Source: Ginkgo biloba | Taxonomy: Eukaryota; Plantae; Ginkgophyta | DNA: 22,657 bases | Assembly (NCBI GenBank): GCA_024626585.2 | Contig: JANKJI020000002.1 | Location: 217,728,394-217,751,050 of the forward strand | Direction: 5' to 3' | Shown: piece by piece, positions 1-12,411 of the stretch | How positions within the stretch are numbered: position 1 is the first letter of the stretch | Layout of the letters: the number at the start of each line of letters is the position of its first letter | Position numbers and translations under genes: made by a program | The notes under the pieces: model-generated | Database searches by the model: none | The model's input: the letters and a program-made list of their open reading frames with translations, nothing else | What the model was told of the DNA's origin: nothing

Positions 1-829
1 ACATCTTAACCAAACCTTTTTCATGGGCTTGTTGTATGTTTATATGGTCTGGGGAAGATTACTTGTACTATAATTTAGAATCCCTATCTTTGTTTGGTTT
101 CATTGCTTATTATTTTGTCTAGTTCAACAATATGGCTTATCCTAATCAATTCTATAGGCCTACTGGCCTATAAGCCTCTCAAGTTTAATAATTTACTTTC
201 TAGTTAGAGACCAATGCCTCAAAGCTAATGTGGGGTCTACCCAAGGACCTATTGGTTTATGTAAATACTTTATGCATTCTTCTACTAAATAAGTTATCTT
301 TAGAGGAGAAATAATGCATTTTTGGGGATCTGAATGCTCCCTTCTTGGAACCTCTAAGGCGTACTAATGGTTTGGACCTCAATAAGTTGAAAAAAAACAT
401 ACAACCCTAATAAGAACATCGTTAGAGATAATATATGACTCATGCTCCTTTAGGTTCTTTGATTTTTATGGGTCGTGTAGCCCACACTAATAATCCATAA
501 CTTTTTCCTAAAGCAAGACTTAAGAAAATGACCAAATATAACACTTGGGTTAAGAGTAAGGTTTATAACTCTTCTTACATCTCCACCACTAGGGGCCTAG
601 GTATCATATACATCTCCAAAATATAATCATTTTANNNNNNNNNNNNNNNNNNNNNNNNNNNNNNNNNNNNNNNNNNNNNNNNNNNAATTTAATCCCTATA
701 ATTATAATCATTTTATTCCTATATTTCATACATAACCAAAATATGCAAAGGATTCATCCAAGTGTTTAGTTCCTATAAGTGCATAAATAACTATAATTAC
801 CACTATCCTTATTTATTACATAGATCTTT

Positions 830-1295
830 ATGGCTTTAAATATTAGCAAGATAAATATTCAGGAGTAATTCATTAGCATCTTAGCTTTATATGTTGTTAG
901 AAGACAAATTAGCTTTAGATTTTCCTTAGCTTTAATCAATAACCATCCTTTGTCAACCCGTAGTGGTTAGACCTCATTATAAATTTAATATCTATGTCCC
1001 ATAAGTAAGGGATATTAAAGATGAATCCATATATATCTAATGACACCAAATGATGCTCTATCTCATCTGTGAAGTCCTCAAAGATGATACATTTGAATTA
1101 GTACCATTTGTTAATCGTGTGTTTAACATTTTTGTTTAGTTATCCTCATGTATATAATGATGGATGTTATGTTAGATAATACAAACTAAATTACTTCCCT
1201 ATTGTTTCTAAAATTATATTCCTTTATGTACCTGAATCAAATATGGTTGTAACCATACCCTTTTTATTTAATTTTGATGATAAAGAGTTGTTATC
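830..1295 (-). mobile_element. Highly degraded Ty3/Gypsy pol relic (aspartic protease region)
   Basis: Manual minus-strand translation from 1253 in one frame gives VTTIFDSGT*RNIILETIGK*F...HP..YT*G*LNKN...FTDEIEHHLVSLDIYGFIFNIPYLWD (DSG at 1230-1238, PYLWD at 996-1010). After a frameshift it reads LLTTYKAKMLMNYS*IFILL. The motif order matches plant Gypsy retropepsins (DSGS..N; HP.PY.LGW; DEV.CDVVPLD..ILG.PYLWD). It is not in the ORF track because of many stops. Confidence 0.62.
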
Positions 1296-2159
1296 TCTTA
1301 GATTTTTCCTTTATTTTATGTATAATCGATGCTAATTGCCCATTGATTATTTTATGAGCTTCAATTTGTTTCTCTTTAGATTTAGTATGCACATTATTTG
1401 GTCCTTTTTTTTATGTAACTTTTGATAATTTTCTTTTGCATGACTAGGGATTTGGTATTCTATGAAGTGGTGTGTATTACCTTTACCTTACTTCTACTTA
1501 AGAAGATTTATGTTCATAATGTATGCTCAAGTATTATTAAACTTAAGGCTTTGATACCTGAAAAATATGATCTAAGCCCAATATATGTATAGTGAAAATA
1601 ATTTTAAAATAACTAAATCTTTATATTTCTAAATTATAGTCACACATAAAAATATTGCTTCTATATGGTTTGTAGAGATTTATATCAAGATTGAAATTGG
1701 AACTGATGTCCATGAAATTTATAGAGTTTATAATGCTTCAACATGGAACTGATTATTAGAGGGCACAAAATCACTACATCACATGAGGATTAATTTATAA
1801 TTTATAAACTAGAAGCTTAAGCTTAAATCTTGAAAAAGAAGAAAGAATAATTCTAGAGAAGTGTCTTTCACCTTTGTTAGTGCTTGGTCTTCTCTAATAT
1901 CTCTCACCAAAATCTATTAAAGCTTCTCCTTTATTGATAACNNNNNNNNNNNNNNNNNNNNNNNNNNNNNNNNNNAGATTTTATAATGCTTCAAGTTGTA
2001 ACTAGTAACGCATTTATTAAACTAACTATTTTGACTTCCTAGTTGAATCTAGCTAACATGGGCACTAGCCACATGGTAGAGGAACTAACATCGAGCATGA
2101 AAAGGCTATGAAGAGACCTCACATTATATCAACCCTTTTTGTATTTTTATTAAAGACTC

Positions 2160-2176
2160 TTTTTTTTTTTTTTATT
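2160..2176 (-). other. Probable LINE 3' end: AATAAA running into A14 tail
   Basis: The minus strand reads ...TCCATCCTAATAAAAAAAAAAAAAAGAGTC. It is on the correct strand and side for the LINE but separated from ORF2 by a 100-N gap. Confidence 0.55.
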
Positions 2177-2289
2177 AGGATGGANNNNNNNNNNNNNNNN
2201 NNNNNNNNNNNNNNNNNNNNNNNNNNNNNNNNNNNNNNNNNNNNNNNNNNNNNNNNNNNNNNNNNNNNNNNNNNNNNNNNNNNNAGTTT

Positions 2290-4555
2290 CCACATTAGAA
2301 CCTTAGCACTCTAAAAAATCTAGTATGAAATCTCTATTATCCATTTAGAATGTAGACCTAAATTTTATCCTCATTTACCATACCTCTTGAGGCCAATAAT
2401 AATATCTTCAATGCCTCTTTAAAAAATTTGGCATTTTCTATAGATGCTTTATCCAATAAGATCGTATCATTTACAAATTAGACATGAGAGATCCTCTTAT
2501 AATTTATTGTCACCTCCACCCAGGGTAGGAGGCCCATCTCTACTTTGTCTCCCAGGAATCTACCAAGAGCCTTAAATTCCAGAATGAAAAGACTAGGGGA
2601 TAATGGACAACCCTACCTAATACCTATGTTGCTTTTAAAAAATCCTACTGGTCTTTCATTTACTAGCACTAAGAAAGATAAATTTCAGATGCAACCTTCA
2701 ACCCATTGCCTCCATTATTTATAGAAACTAAATAGATCCAACACCCTCAAAATAAAGTTCCTATCCAATCCATCATAGGCCTTAGCCATCTCCGTCTTAA
2801 TAATCATCATTTTTTCTTTCTTTACTTTTGTTGAGTGAAGAGATTCTTGAGCTAGGACCACACTATATGCTATCTTCTTTCCCTAAATAAAACCCCCTTG
2901 ATCTTCAGATATTAACTTAGGTAGTATCATCTTAATTCTATTTTCCATCAACTTTATAATAATTTTGTAGAACACATTACATAGGGAAATTAATATGAAT
3001 TTGTTGAAAGTTATTGGAATTTTTTCTTTTGGAATTAACACTATAAAGGTAGTATTTAACATGCCTAGGATCTTCCCTAAATTTATTGATTCCTCACAAC
3101 ATCTCAATAGATCATCTTTGGTAATGTCCTAGCTATCCTTAAATAAATTAACTTAGAACCCATAATGACCTAGAGATTTATCCTCTTTCATTACTAAAAT
3201 CGTGTCCTCCAACTCCTCCATAGAAATTTACCTCATCAGGAAGGAATTATCCTCCTCTGAGATTAATTCCAGAATTACCCCCAAAATTTTTTCCTGAGCC
3301 TCCAATCTATCCACCTGCTCCTCTGAGAGAAGGTATGAGAAAAAGTTCACCGCTTCCTCCTTAACCTCCTCTAGAAATCACAACCACTCCCCATTAGGGT
3401 TTTTAATCCTCCCAATGAAATTTGAGTGGGTTCTTTGCATTGAAACTTTCTCGAAGAACGAAGTATTCTTGTCTCCCATCAAAAGCCACAACATTCTTAA
3501 CTTAAGACGCTAAGTATCCTCTTCATCCTGTAGAAAGGCATCCAGGGACTTAGAGACTTCTGCTTCCTTGTTAGGCAACTCTTGGGAAAGCCTTGTCCTN
3601 NNNNNNNNNNNNNNNNNNNNNNNNNNNNNNNNNNNNNNNNNNNNNNNNNNNNNNNNNNNNNNNNNNNNNNNNNNNNNNNNNNNNNNNNNNNNNNNNNNNN
3701 NNNNNNNNNNNNNNNNNNNNNNNNNNNNNNNNNNNNNNNNNNNNNNNNNNNNNNNNNNNNNNNNNNNNNNNNNNNNNNNNNNNNNNNNNNNNNNNNNNNN
3801 NNNNNNNNNNNNNNNNNNNNNNNNNNNNNNNNNNNNNNNNNNNNNNNNNNNNNNNNNNNNNNNNNNNNNNNNNNNNNNNNNNNNNNNNNNNNNNNNNNNN
3901 NNNNNNNNNNNNNNNNNNNNNNNNNNNNNNNNNNNNNNNNNNNNNNNNNNNNNNNNNNNNNNNNNNNNNNNNNNNNNNNNNNNNNNNNNNNNNNNNNNNN
4001 NNNNNNNNNNTAGGAACCCGATTTAGTTTTCACATCAATTAGTTTGAATTCATGTATTCTTGTAAGGACGAAATTAATAACTGGGTGAGTCATCCGCACA
4101 CCCCCTTTTTTTGCTTTTCTAAATAGAGTAATGTTCAAATCCCCTCCCATTACCCAAATATTTGGCCTCAAACATCCTAGCCTTGTTCCAAAATTAATTC
4201 CACTCCCTCTCTTTATCCCTGCTAATGGATGGCCCATAAACATTTGAAATCCAGAACACCTTATTCTCTATTGAATTCTCATTTTTAAGGCTCATCCAGT
4301 GCTTACATTTATCTTGTTTTGACACATTAAAAATTGCCATTTTCCAAAAGACAGCCAAGCCTCCTATAGTACCTTTCACCCCTACTGCATGAATTCCATA
4401 ANNNNNNNNNNNNNNNNNNNNNNNNNNNNNNNTTCTCCCAGCTTCATTTCCTGAAGGAAAACTAAATCTGGCTTTTATGTGACTATAATCCTTTTTAGAG
4501 CTCTTTTTTTAATAGGCGAGACCAATCCCCTTAAGTTCCACGAAATGACTTTCAT
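2290..4555 (-). pseudogene. LINE ORF2 pseudogene: APE-type endonuclease + non-LTR reverse transcriptase
   Basis: It starts at 4555 with MKVISWNLRGL...KPDLVFLQEMK. Then come NVYGP, GGDLN, GDKNTSFF, NTTFIVLIPK, ISLCNVFYKII, ISEDQGGF, KTEMAKAYD, GIR*GCPLSP and SHV*FVNDT (degenerate FADD at 2466-2477). It has multiple stops and frameshifts, and N gaps inside. Confidence 0.92.
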
Positions 4556-7258
4556 TTATTCCCAAGAATAGTTTCAATTTTGGATTTGAAACTATTTGAA
4601 AATTTTCCTATAACCCCTCCTCTAGCCAGAATTTTATTTCCAAAACCCTTTTTTGTTTCAAAGAGGGTCCTCCTTGCTTTCTCAGAGAAATTTTCTCGAC
4701 ATCCATCCCTGCTTGCTCCCTTGAGCTTGGTTATGTTTGGATCTGATTTGATTTTCTGCCTCTCTCTTCTATTCGATAAATCCTGCCGAGTTGGCACTGG
4801 CACGGGAGTTGAACCCAATAACCTTGGAGATATCTCTATCGGTTCCATGTCATTTGACTCACGATCTTCTCTAACTGGACCTTCCAACAACTCTATCTCT
4901 GAATATCTGCTACTCTTGCTTGCAAGAATTCCTTCTACCTCCTTAACACTTCTCCCCTCCACCTCTGAAGGATGCCCTTGCATCTTAACTTGCAACGCCG
5001 AAGAGACCTTCTCTCTTTCCACCATCCAGTCTGTTGAGATAGGCTTCTGAATACTTTCCTAGGATTGAGGCCCCGGCAACAAGAACTGAGGAGATATGCC
5101 TTCCATGGTCTTCTGTTGAGAATTCCCACCCCAAAAATCCAATGACTCCACCACAAGACTGGAAGAATCCGATAAGCCAATGACCCCAAAGTAAATTTCC
5201 TTTCTCATTTGAGATCCCCGATAAGGAAGAAATAAGGAAGAAGCCTGCTCATTCAAACTTAAATTGACCTCCTCACATACTATCGTTGAAATCAACTCCT
5301 TTCCAAAATCAGATAATGAATGGACATGCAGACTTACCTTAGGCGTCCCTTGAAGGTTTCCACCAGGCTGGGCCTGTTCCTCGAGGATCGACAAGGGGTC
5401 CCCAACAAAGGGCAGAGCCTCAACGGGGGATATAGAACAACCTTGAGCGACAACTTCCGGAGACTCCTAGTCCCGCTTATCGCCCTCCTGATCTTTCTCA
5501 GAAAGAAAGGAAGCGACTCCTTTTGACCTCCACTCACCCGAGCTTCTCCAGACTACGCCATCAGCACTAGTTGATCCGTCCGATCAGAGTTTACCACCTG
5601 ATCTACCCTCTCAAACTGAATGACTTGGTCTGCAGAAGGCAATAATACTTCCGACGAGTGTCTCACCACCTCCAAACTGCCATCCAAAATTGGCCCCTTT
5701 AACAACGACACCTCATCTTCAATGCATGCGACTGTCGGAGACACAATCTGATCCTGCGAACTCTCCTCCATGGATCTGTTGATGTGGCAGCCCAGATCTG
5801 CTAGCATTTCAAATGAATTCTTTGAGTTTAGAGCTTCTGTAATTAGAGAGGCCTTTTTTTTTTTTTTTTTTCCTCGTTTCCTTTAGACCTCTTTCCAAGT
5901 CTCTGATTCAACCTCCATTGGGTCCAAACTAATATGCGCCTTACTTCCTTCTCTTATTTGAGCCTTTCTTCCTTCTGTTGGTACAATAGGAAGATCAAGA
6001 CTTTTGTCTACTACTTTCAACTCCAAACCCTTCTCCTTTGTCTACATGCTTATGTGATCAGGTCTGGATTGGCCATAATCTCCTTTCATGTTCATCAAAG
6101 GGCACCATTTGACTAGCTGACCATACTTCTTGCATNNNNNNNNNNNNNNNNNNNNNNNNNNNNNNNNNNNNNNNNNNNNNNNNNNNNNNNNNNNNNNNNN
6201 NNNNNNNNNNNNNNNNNNNNNNNNNNNNNNNNNNNTTGTTTTTTTTTTTACCTCTTCCTAGGTCTCCGCTTCAATCTCCATAGGAACCAAATTTAACTGA
6301 GACTTGGTCTCTTCTCTCATATGAGCCTTGCTTCCTTCTACTGATTCAAGATGGAGATCCATACCTTGCTATGCTGCTTTCGCCTCTGAAACCTTCTCCT
6401 TAGCCTGAATGTTTGCCTGTTCAGGACTAGATTGAAGAGTGCCTGCATTTGTGATAAAAAAGGGTACCATTTTATTAGATGATCGTGCTTTCTGCACCGG
6501 ATACACTTGAATGGGACTCCTTCATAATCCAATTGCTAAATCAGTTTGTGCTCTCCAATAACCATCTCCACATCTTCCGACAATCCTTCACCAATATTAA
6601 TGTTAACATAGATCCTAGCATACATGGCTATCTTATTCTTGTTTCTTTGATCAGAGAATGTTACAAACTCCCCTATGCAGTTACCTATCGGCTCAAATAT
6701 ATGGAGATTCCATAGATGCAACGGTAGAAAAGGAAGTCTTACTGACACTGGAATCTTCAACAGGATCTCGCTCTGTGGATCGAATTTTGGGTACCAGAGA
6801 TGGAGGCTCAAGCCCTTCCCTCCCATGAACCAAGGTCCTTTCTCCAAAATCCTGAGTTTCTCCTCCACCGAAGCAAAGGTTATCACAAAATAACCCTTCC
6901 CTACCAAGAAAAAATTCAGATGGTTTTGAACCACTTTCTCCCAAGTGGAAATTATCCATGATTCAAGATTCAATGGTGAAGACCAGAGTCCATTGAATCT
7001 CCTTGTCAGTGCAAACTCTTTCAGCTTCTCCTTCTCTAACAAGGAAAACCTCTCGTCAACCCTAATATGCCCCCTTCCTTCTCTCTGCGTGATGATGGAC
7101 GAATTCAAGTCTGCTTTTGGGAGATTCGATAGTAGATTCCTTTGAGACCTCCCCCCAGCCAAGGGATTCACTGCCCTACTATACGATTTTCGAAGATTTG
7201 AACCCGGGACCTCCCCATCCTATAGGTCATCCTTCCTTGAGCACCCTCCTTTCTCCAT
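4552..7258 (-). pseudogene. LINE ORF1 pseudogene (DUF4283 + CCHC zinc knuckle + long low-complexity tail)
   Basis: ATG at 7258 gives MEKGG...L*DG...RKSYSRAV, in frame with ORF 6536-7171 (GYFVITF, GPWFMGG..L.L..W.P.FDP, VRLPFLPLHLW, IGNCIG, ARIYV). After a TAG it continues LDYEGVPFKCIRCRKHDHLIKWY, a degenerate CX2CX4HX4C. An NSFEML motif lies near 5800-5820. The last segment ends in TGA at 4552. Confidence 0.86.
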
Positions 7259-9559
7259 CCTCCTAAGCCAAGTCTCAACTCATATTATTTACATAGTTGA
7301 TATGTATTTAGGGAAAGTAGCTTAAAATATGACCACAATGATATATCATATGGTGACACACCATAAATTAGTATGAGGATAATATTAGGTTTGTAGTTTA
7401 CATTTCTCATAATTTTTATCTTTAAAACTACTGACACTACTTTTAAGGATTATAATTATAATTTGTAGTTGAGTGAAACACCTTAGAAGGACAAATCCTA
7501 CAAAAGACATGGAGTAATGGTTTCAAAAGGTAGGATATACATGTTTCAAAAACTATAAACATTTAAACCTCACATCATTATGGTGATTTATGTCATATGC
7601 TAGGATAAACATAGTAGCATTTTGAGTGCATATCTANNNNNNNNNNNNNNNNNNNNNNNNNNNNNNNNNNNNNNNNNNNNNNNNNNNNNNNNNNNNNNNN
7701 NNNNNNNNNNNNNNNNNNNNNNNNNNNNNNNNNNNNNNNNNNNNNNNNNNNNNNNNNNNNNNNNNNNNNNNNNNNNNNNNNNNNNNNNNNNNNNNNNNNN
7801 NNNNNNNNNNNNNNNNNNNNNNNNNNNNNNNNNNNNNNNNNNNNNNNNNNNNNNNNNNNNNNNNNNNNNNNNNNNNNNNNNNNNNNNNNNNNNNNNNNNN
7901 NNNNNNNNNNNNNNNNNNNNNNNNNNNNNNNNNNNNNNNNNNNNNNNNNNNNNNNNNNNNNNNNNNNNNNNNNNNNNNNNNNNNNNNNNNNNNNNNNNNN
8001 NNNNNNNNNNNNNNNNNNNNNNNNNNNNNNNNNNNNNNNNNNNNNNNNNNNNNNNNNNNNNNNNNNNNNNNNNNNNNNNNNNNNNNNNNNNNNNNNNNNN
8101 NNNNNNNNNNNNNNNNNNNNNNNNNNNNNNNNNNNNNNNNNNNNNNNNNNNNNNTTAAAGTATTGAATGATCTAATTCATTAAAAAATTAAAATATGTGT
8201 CTTAATTTATTTTGTTAAGATCACTTCGATCTAGATTACAATAATTTATTAGCAAGTGTGGAGTGGCCCATGTATGCATATAAGTAACTTATAATTTTCT
8301 CTTTTAAGTAGATAGAATGTATAATTTTATTATATAAATGAAGCTTCTAATTTTTTTTTTATTTTTTTATCTTGCGGGGTATGATTGAATACTTCAATCA
8401 TGTTATTGTTCATATTGCCCATCTAATAAACATTGTAGGTACTTGAGGCATGGCTAAGATTTGGTCATGGATGAATGATAATTTTTGTGGTGCAACATGT
8501 AATTGCAAAATCTTATAATAATTTCCCAGGTGGGAGTTTATATGATATAACTTTTAAAGTCCAAGCAATAAATCTATCTATAATACAAACAAGTCTACAA
8601 GAATTATAAGCCTCACAACCAACTTAGGTGTTAGAATTTAGGATTGAAGTGGGTTATATCTACCATGTCTTACTATCCCTCTTTCTATTATTTGTAAAAG
8701 GTCTTCCATCTTTTCAATGATAATTTAATTGAGTGCTTTCTTCTTCTTAAAACATGTAACTTTTAGCACATCTTAACGAACTTCTTTTATAATTAGTTAT
8801 AGGTTCAATTCCATCTTGTTTTTTTAATATTAACTTGCACAAGATAAATACATTTTTTTGTCTTAAATCTAATTATACTAAGATTAGGGTGCATTTATTA
8901 GTTTTATATAATACAACATGAGAACTATATTAAAGGATCTTAAAGTTGCATGTGGAGTGATCTTGCTTAGGTTGAGTACCACGAGCTAACGATATAAGTT
9001 TGAGCCCTAAAAGTAGAGAATGTGGCCCTTGAGAGAGAAATTATTTCCAAGAGAAATATAATAAAATCACATCTAAATATGTGCTCTCTATGTAAGTTTT
9101 AATTACAAGTCTAGTTTAGGTCAAAGTCATAATAGGATCATGTTGTAGTTTTGCACAAATATATTTGTTGATAAAAAAAATTAGTGAATAAGTTAGAGAT
9201 AAAAGTTTAGAAAAGCTTGGGAAGTAAAGTGTATACACTAAGAAATATGGATCAATAAATGGCAATAATAGAAGTAAGCACAAGGCTAAGAGAGGGAAGG
9301 ATAGACTTGGTGTCATCTGATTTTGATGGAAGGAATGAGTAGATAACCCTTGGATAAGTGAGTAGAATATTGATTAGGATATTAGGCTCGTGATAAGATG
9401 AGAATTTGGGCGAGAGCTTTAGATGACACAAAAACCATAAACAATAAACATAAAAGTTTTAACTCTTTATTATCAAAAAATCTCATCTCTATAAACTCAT
9501 GAGAATGAGTTGGTTACAAGATTTATAAGAAAATCTTAAGCGAAGTTTAGTAAACCTAG

Positions 9560-10617
9560 TGTTAAATTATAAAGTACTATCTAGGCCACTTTTTATGATT
9601 AGTTGATTAATTGAAAATAATTAATNNNNNNNNNNNNNNNNNNNNNNNNNNNNNNNNNNNNNNNNNNNNNNNNNNNNNNNNNNNNNNNNNNNNNNNNNNN
9701 NNNNNNNNNNNNNNNNNNNNNNNNNTGACCTAACGGGTTTTTTCTATTAAAAATAATCTCAAAATGATATAAAATTTAGATAAATAGTAGAATATATGAG
9801 ATTAATACATAATGTAGCTAATATTCATGTCACAAATCAAATATATAGTAAAATAGAATGTTAAAATCATAGTAGGGATCACCCGAGCCTAAGAAATCAC
9901 TAAGGGACTCATCTAAGTCTAAAATATAAAAAGGGAGAAGAACCTTGAAGTAAGATAAAGATTAAATTAAAATCGTATGTTAGAAATGAGGCATGGTTGC
10001 CTTTATAAATGGGATTCCTTAGCCTTAATCCTAACATACATGCTTTTGTTGTAATCCTTTGCAAATATGAACCTATGGTGTGTCACAAGATGCATGTAGG
10101 CCTTAACACCTTAATATCATGGAGGTCTAATCCTTAGAGGGATATGATCAAAGGGAATCCCTTATGAAGATTAAATCACTCTTTATTTATTATGTAATAG
10201 GAGTTTTCTTCACCATTGATTTTTCCTATTATGTGGCATAGTCTTATTGGTGCATATGGGCTCCTTGCATGGATAAGTCCCTTAGTTAGATTGTTGTAAA
10301 CTTTAGTTGCATGGCTAATATTTCATACTTACATGAGTGGTGCATGAGTCTTGTGTGCATGGATCCCCATTCTATTATAAGAACCTTAAGGGTCCTTATA
10401 AGGATTATTTAAGATTGTGTTTTGTATATTGATGTATTCTCCATTTTCTCTAATGAAGTGCTACTAGATTAAATTCATTCTTGTCTTCTCTTTCTTATTG
10501 AATTTATTAGATTCTTGTCATTTATAATTAGATTCTTAAATCTTATTTATAATGTAGTAATTTATTGTATCTATATTTGTACATATTTATATTCAATATA
10601 GATATTTAGTATCATAG
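9560..10617 (+). mobile_element. Possible very old LTR followed by a degenerate tRNA-Met primer-binding site
   Basis: There is a TG at 9560, TATAAAT near 10004 and a T-rich U5-like stretch. TAGTATCATAG at 10607-10617 has 2 mismatches to TGGTATCAGAG. Boundaries are guesses and no partner LTR is seen. Confidence 0.27.
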
Positions 10618-11250
10618 TTGTACATTCATGCAATAAGTTTTTAAGATGTTTAGAGATAAGGAAAAACTACAGTGCTCAATTGGGAAAAAATGTGAAACCC
10701 GATGGAAAAAAGTGTGATTCTCAAGAAAAGGCAAGGCACTCTAATGTGTTCAATATAAGGCTAATTCATANNNNNNNNNNNNNNNNNNNNNNNNNTTGAT
10801 TCAATGAGGTCACCCATACCTGATCTATTGAATTTATTATAGATAGGTTCTTTATCTTAATGAGAGACACTTTGTTATCACTTATACTTCCATAAGAGTC
10901 ATCAAGTTATGGAATCCAATGAAAATATTATATCGATTTGTATTAGAGAATTTTTTCTTTGTGGTGAGAAGTTCTTTGCGGTCATTTCATTATAAAATTT
11001 CCCTTTTTTCTATATTTTATTTGTTATGGTCAANNNNNNNNNNNNNNNNNNNNNNNNNNNNNNNNNNNNNNNNNNNNNNNNNNNNNNNNNNNNNNNNNNN
11101 NNNNNNNNNNNNNNNNNNNNNNNNNNNNNNNNNGTGTGTTGTAGGTGCTTAAATATACTTTGTGTAGGTCTCCCATGTGCCATAAATGCTTCTGTGACTC
11201 CCTCTTAATTTCTATCAAAATTCATTTTTTCATGTCGCGACCCTTTACTG

Positions 11251-11408
11251 CTCGTCGAATGGTATGACGACTGTTCGACGAATGAAATAGAGTCATTCGT
11301 CGAATGGTATGACAACTTTTGACTATTTAACGAGCATAACTGATTTTGTTTGATGAATGATATGTCAACGTTCATCCACTCGACAAACATAATTGTTCAT
11401 TTGTTGAA
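11251..11408. repeat. Array of TTCG(A/T)CGAA quasi-palindromes with a perfect 12-bp hairpin
   Basis: Units lie at 11251, 11274 and 11296, with CpG-decayed units near 11349 and 11400. TTCGACGAATGA-7nt-TCATTCGTCGAA spans 11274-11304. Confidence 0.75.
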
Positions 11409-12411
11409 TTATTTGTTGCTTGTTTATTGACCTTCCCAATGTCTATTTGGCAATCTTTTTTTACAGTTCTTCTTCTTTTTTTGAGCCTTTTCCAAGGGTA
11501 TATTCTACTTCTCCAAATTTTGCTCAGTTTAGAATTTCATTTTTTTCTCTCTCCTCCTATATTCAACCCTTCATTCGTTCGCTCTCATTTGCCCACTTAT
11601 TTTCTTCGTTCGTTAGACTATTTTCCATCCACTTTCCTTACACATTATATTTGTACCTATTGGAATACTTAGGAGTCTCTACTTTCTCTCCTATTCACTT
11701 GTTTTCTTATTAGCTTACTCACTTAATGAGCACCCCTTCATTCGTTCGCTCATCCTTTAAGCCCACTTGTCGAAAATTGAGTTGCTTGCTCGCCAAATTT
11801 GTTGTCACTACCTTGTTGCGACCAAAATGATTGATGCCCCTACATCATCCTCCTTATCTTCAAAATTTTGCATCAACCCCTGCTCATACTCTTCTTTTCT
11901 TCTATGCTCACATTCACCCAACGCCTTCAATTCTTCTCTCACTTTCCACAAAATGCTCTCTGTCAACTTTCTCTTTCCTCCTTTCCCAACACCTGTTGCT
12001 GCTCTCTTCTAGTTGTCTCATTCCATATAGCACTTGCTCAAAGCGCTATGTTAGTATCTTTGCCTCATCTCCTCTACTCTCCTTCATGGGTAAGTGCAAC
12101 ACACAAACATCTGCCTTCTCCACTACACCTACAAAAGTATCAAATGGGCCAAAATCCTCTTCACTATTTGTCTACTTCCATGGACTATTTGCCTGCCTTG
12201 GACTATTTGTCCAACCTCCACCATTTGTTGACCTCTCTTGGTCGTTCGTCCATCTCCTTCTCTCATTCTCTACCTTTCTTTGGTTGTTCGTCGGACTCTC
12301 TTATCCGCTCGCTAAATTCTCTTCATTGCTTATCATCTCTATTTGTCCATTTGTCAAATAGTTTGATCTGTTTGCTATCTCCCTTTAACTATTTATCAAC
12401 TTGTTCAATCC

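Larger units (their letters stand above)
2160..7269 (-). mobile_element. Decayed L1-clade plant LINE, near full length (ORF1 + ORF2 + probable poly(A) tail)
   Basis: ORF1 and ORF2 motifs occur in canonical order. An A14 tract with AATAAA lies at 2160-2176 on the minus strand. There is an abrupt shift to very AT-rich sequence right of ~7270. The 3' part of ORF2 is presumably in the 100-N gap at 2185-2284. Confidence 0.9.

Noticed and set aside
1717-2005. TTTATAATGCTTCAA present twice, plus ACTACATCA at ~1773 resembling an LTR end
   Set aside because: The matches are too short and next to an N gap, and no element can be delimited.
5854-5871. T18 tract as the tail of a nested retroelement
   Set aside because: It has no TSD and ORF1-like coding on both sides. 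It is more likely an expanded Lys-codon A-run.
7270-9560. AT-rich stretch suspected to be decayed retrotransposon coding sequence
   Set aside because: I could not recover ordered Copia or Gypsy motifs on either strand, so it is left unannotated.
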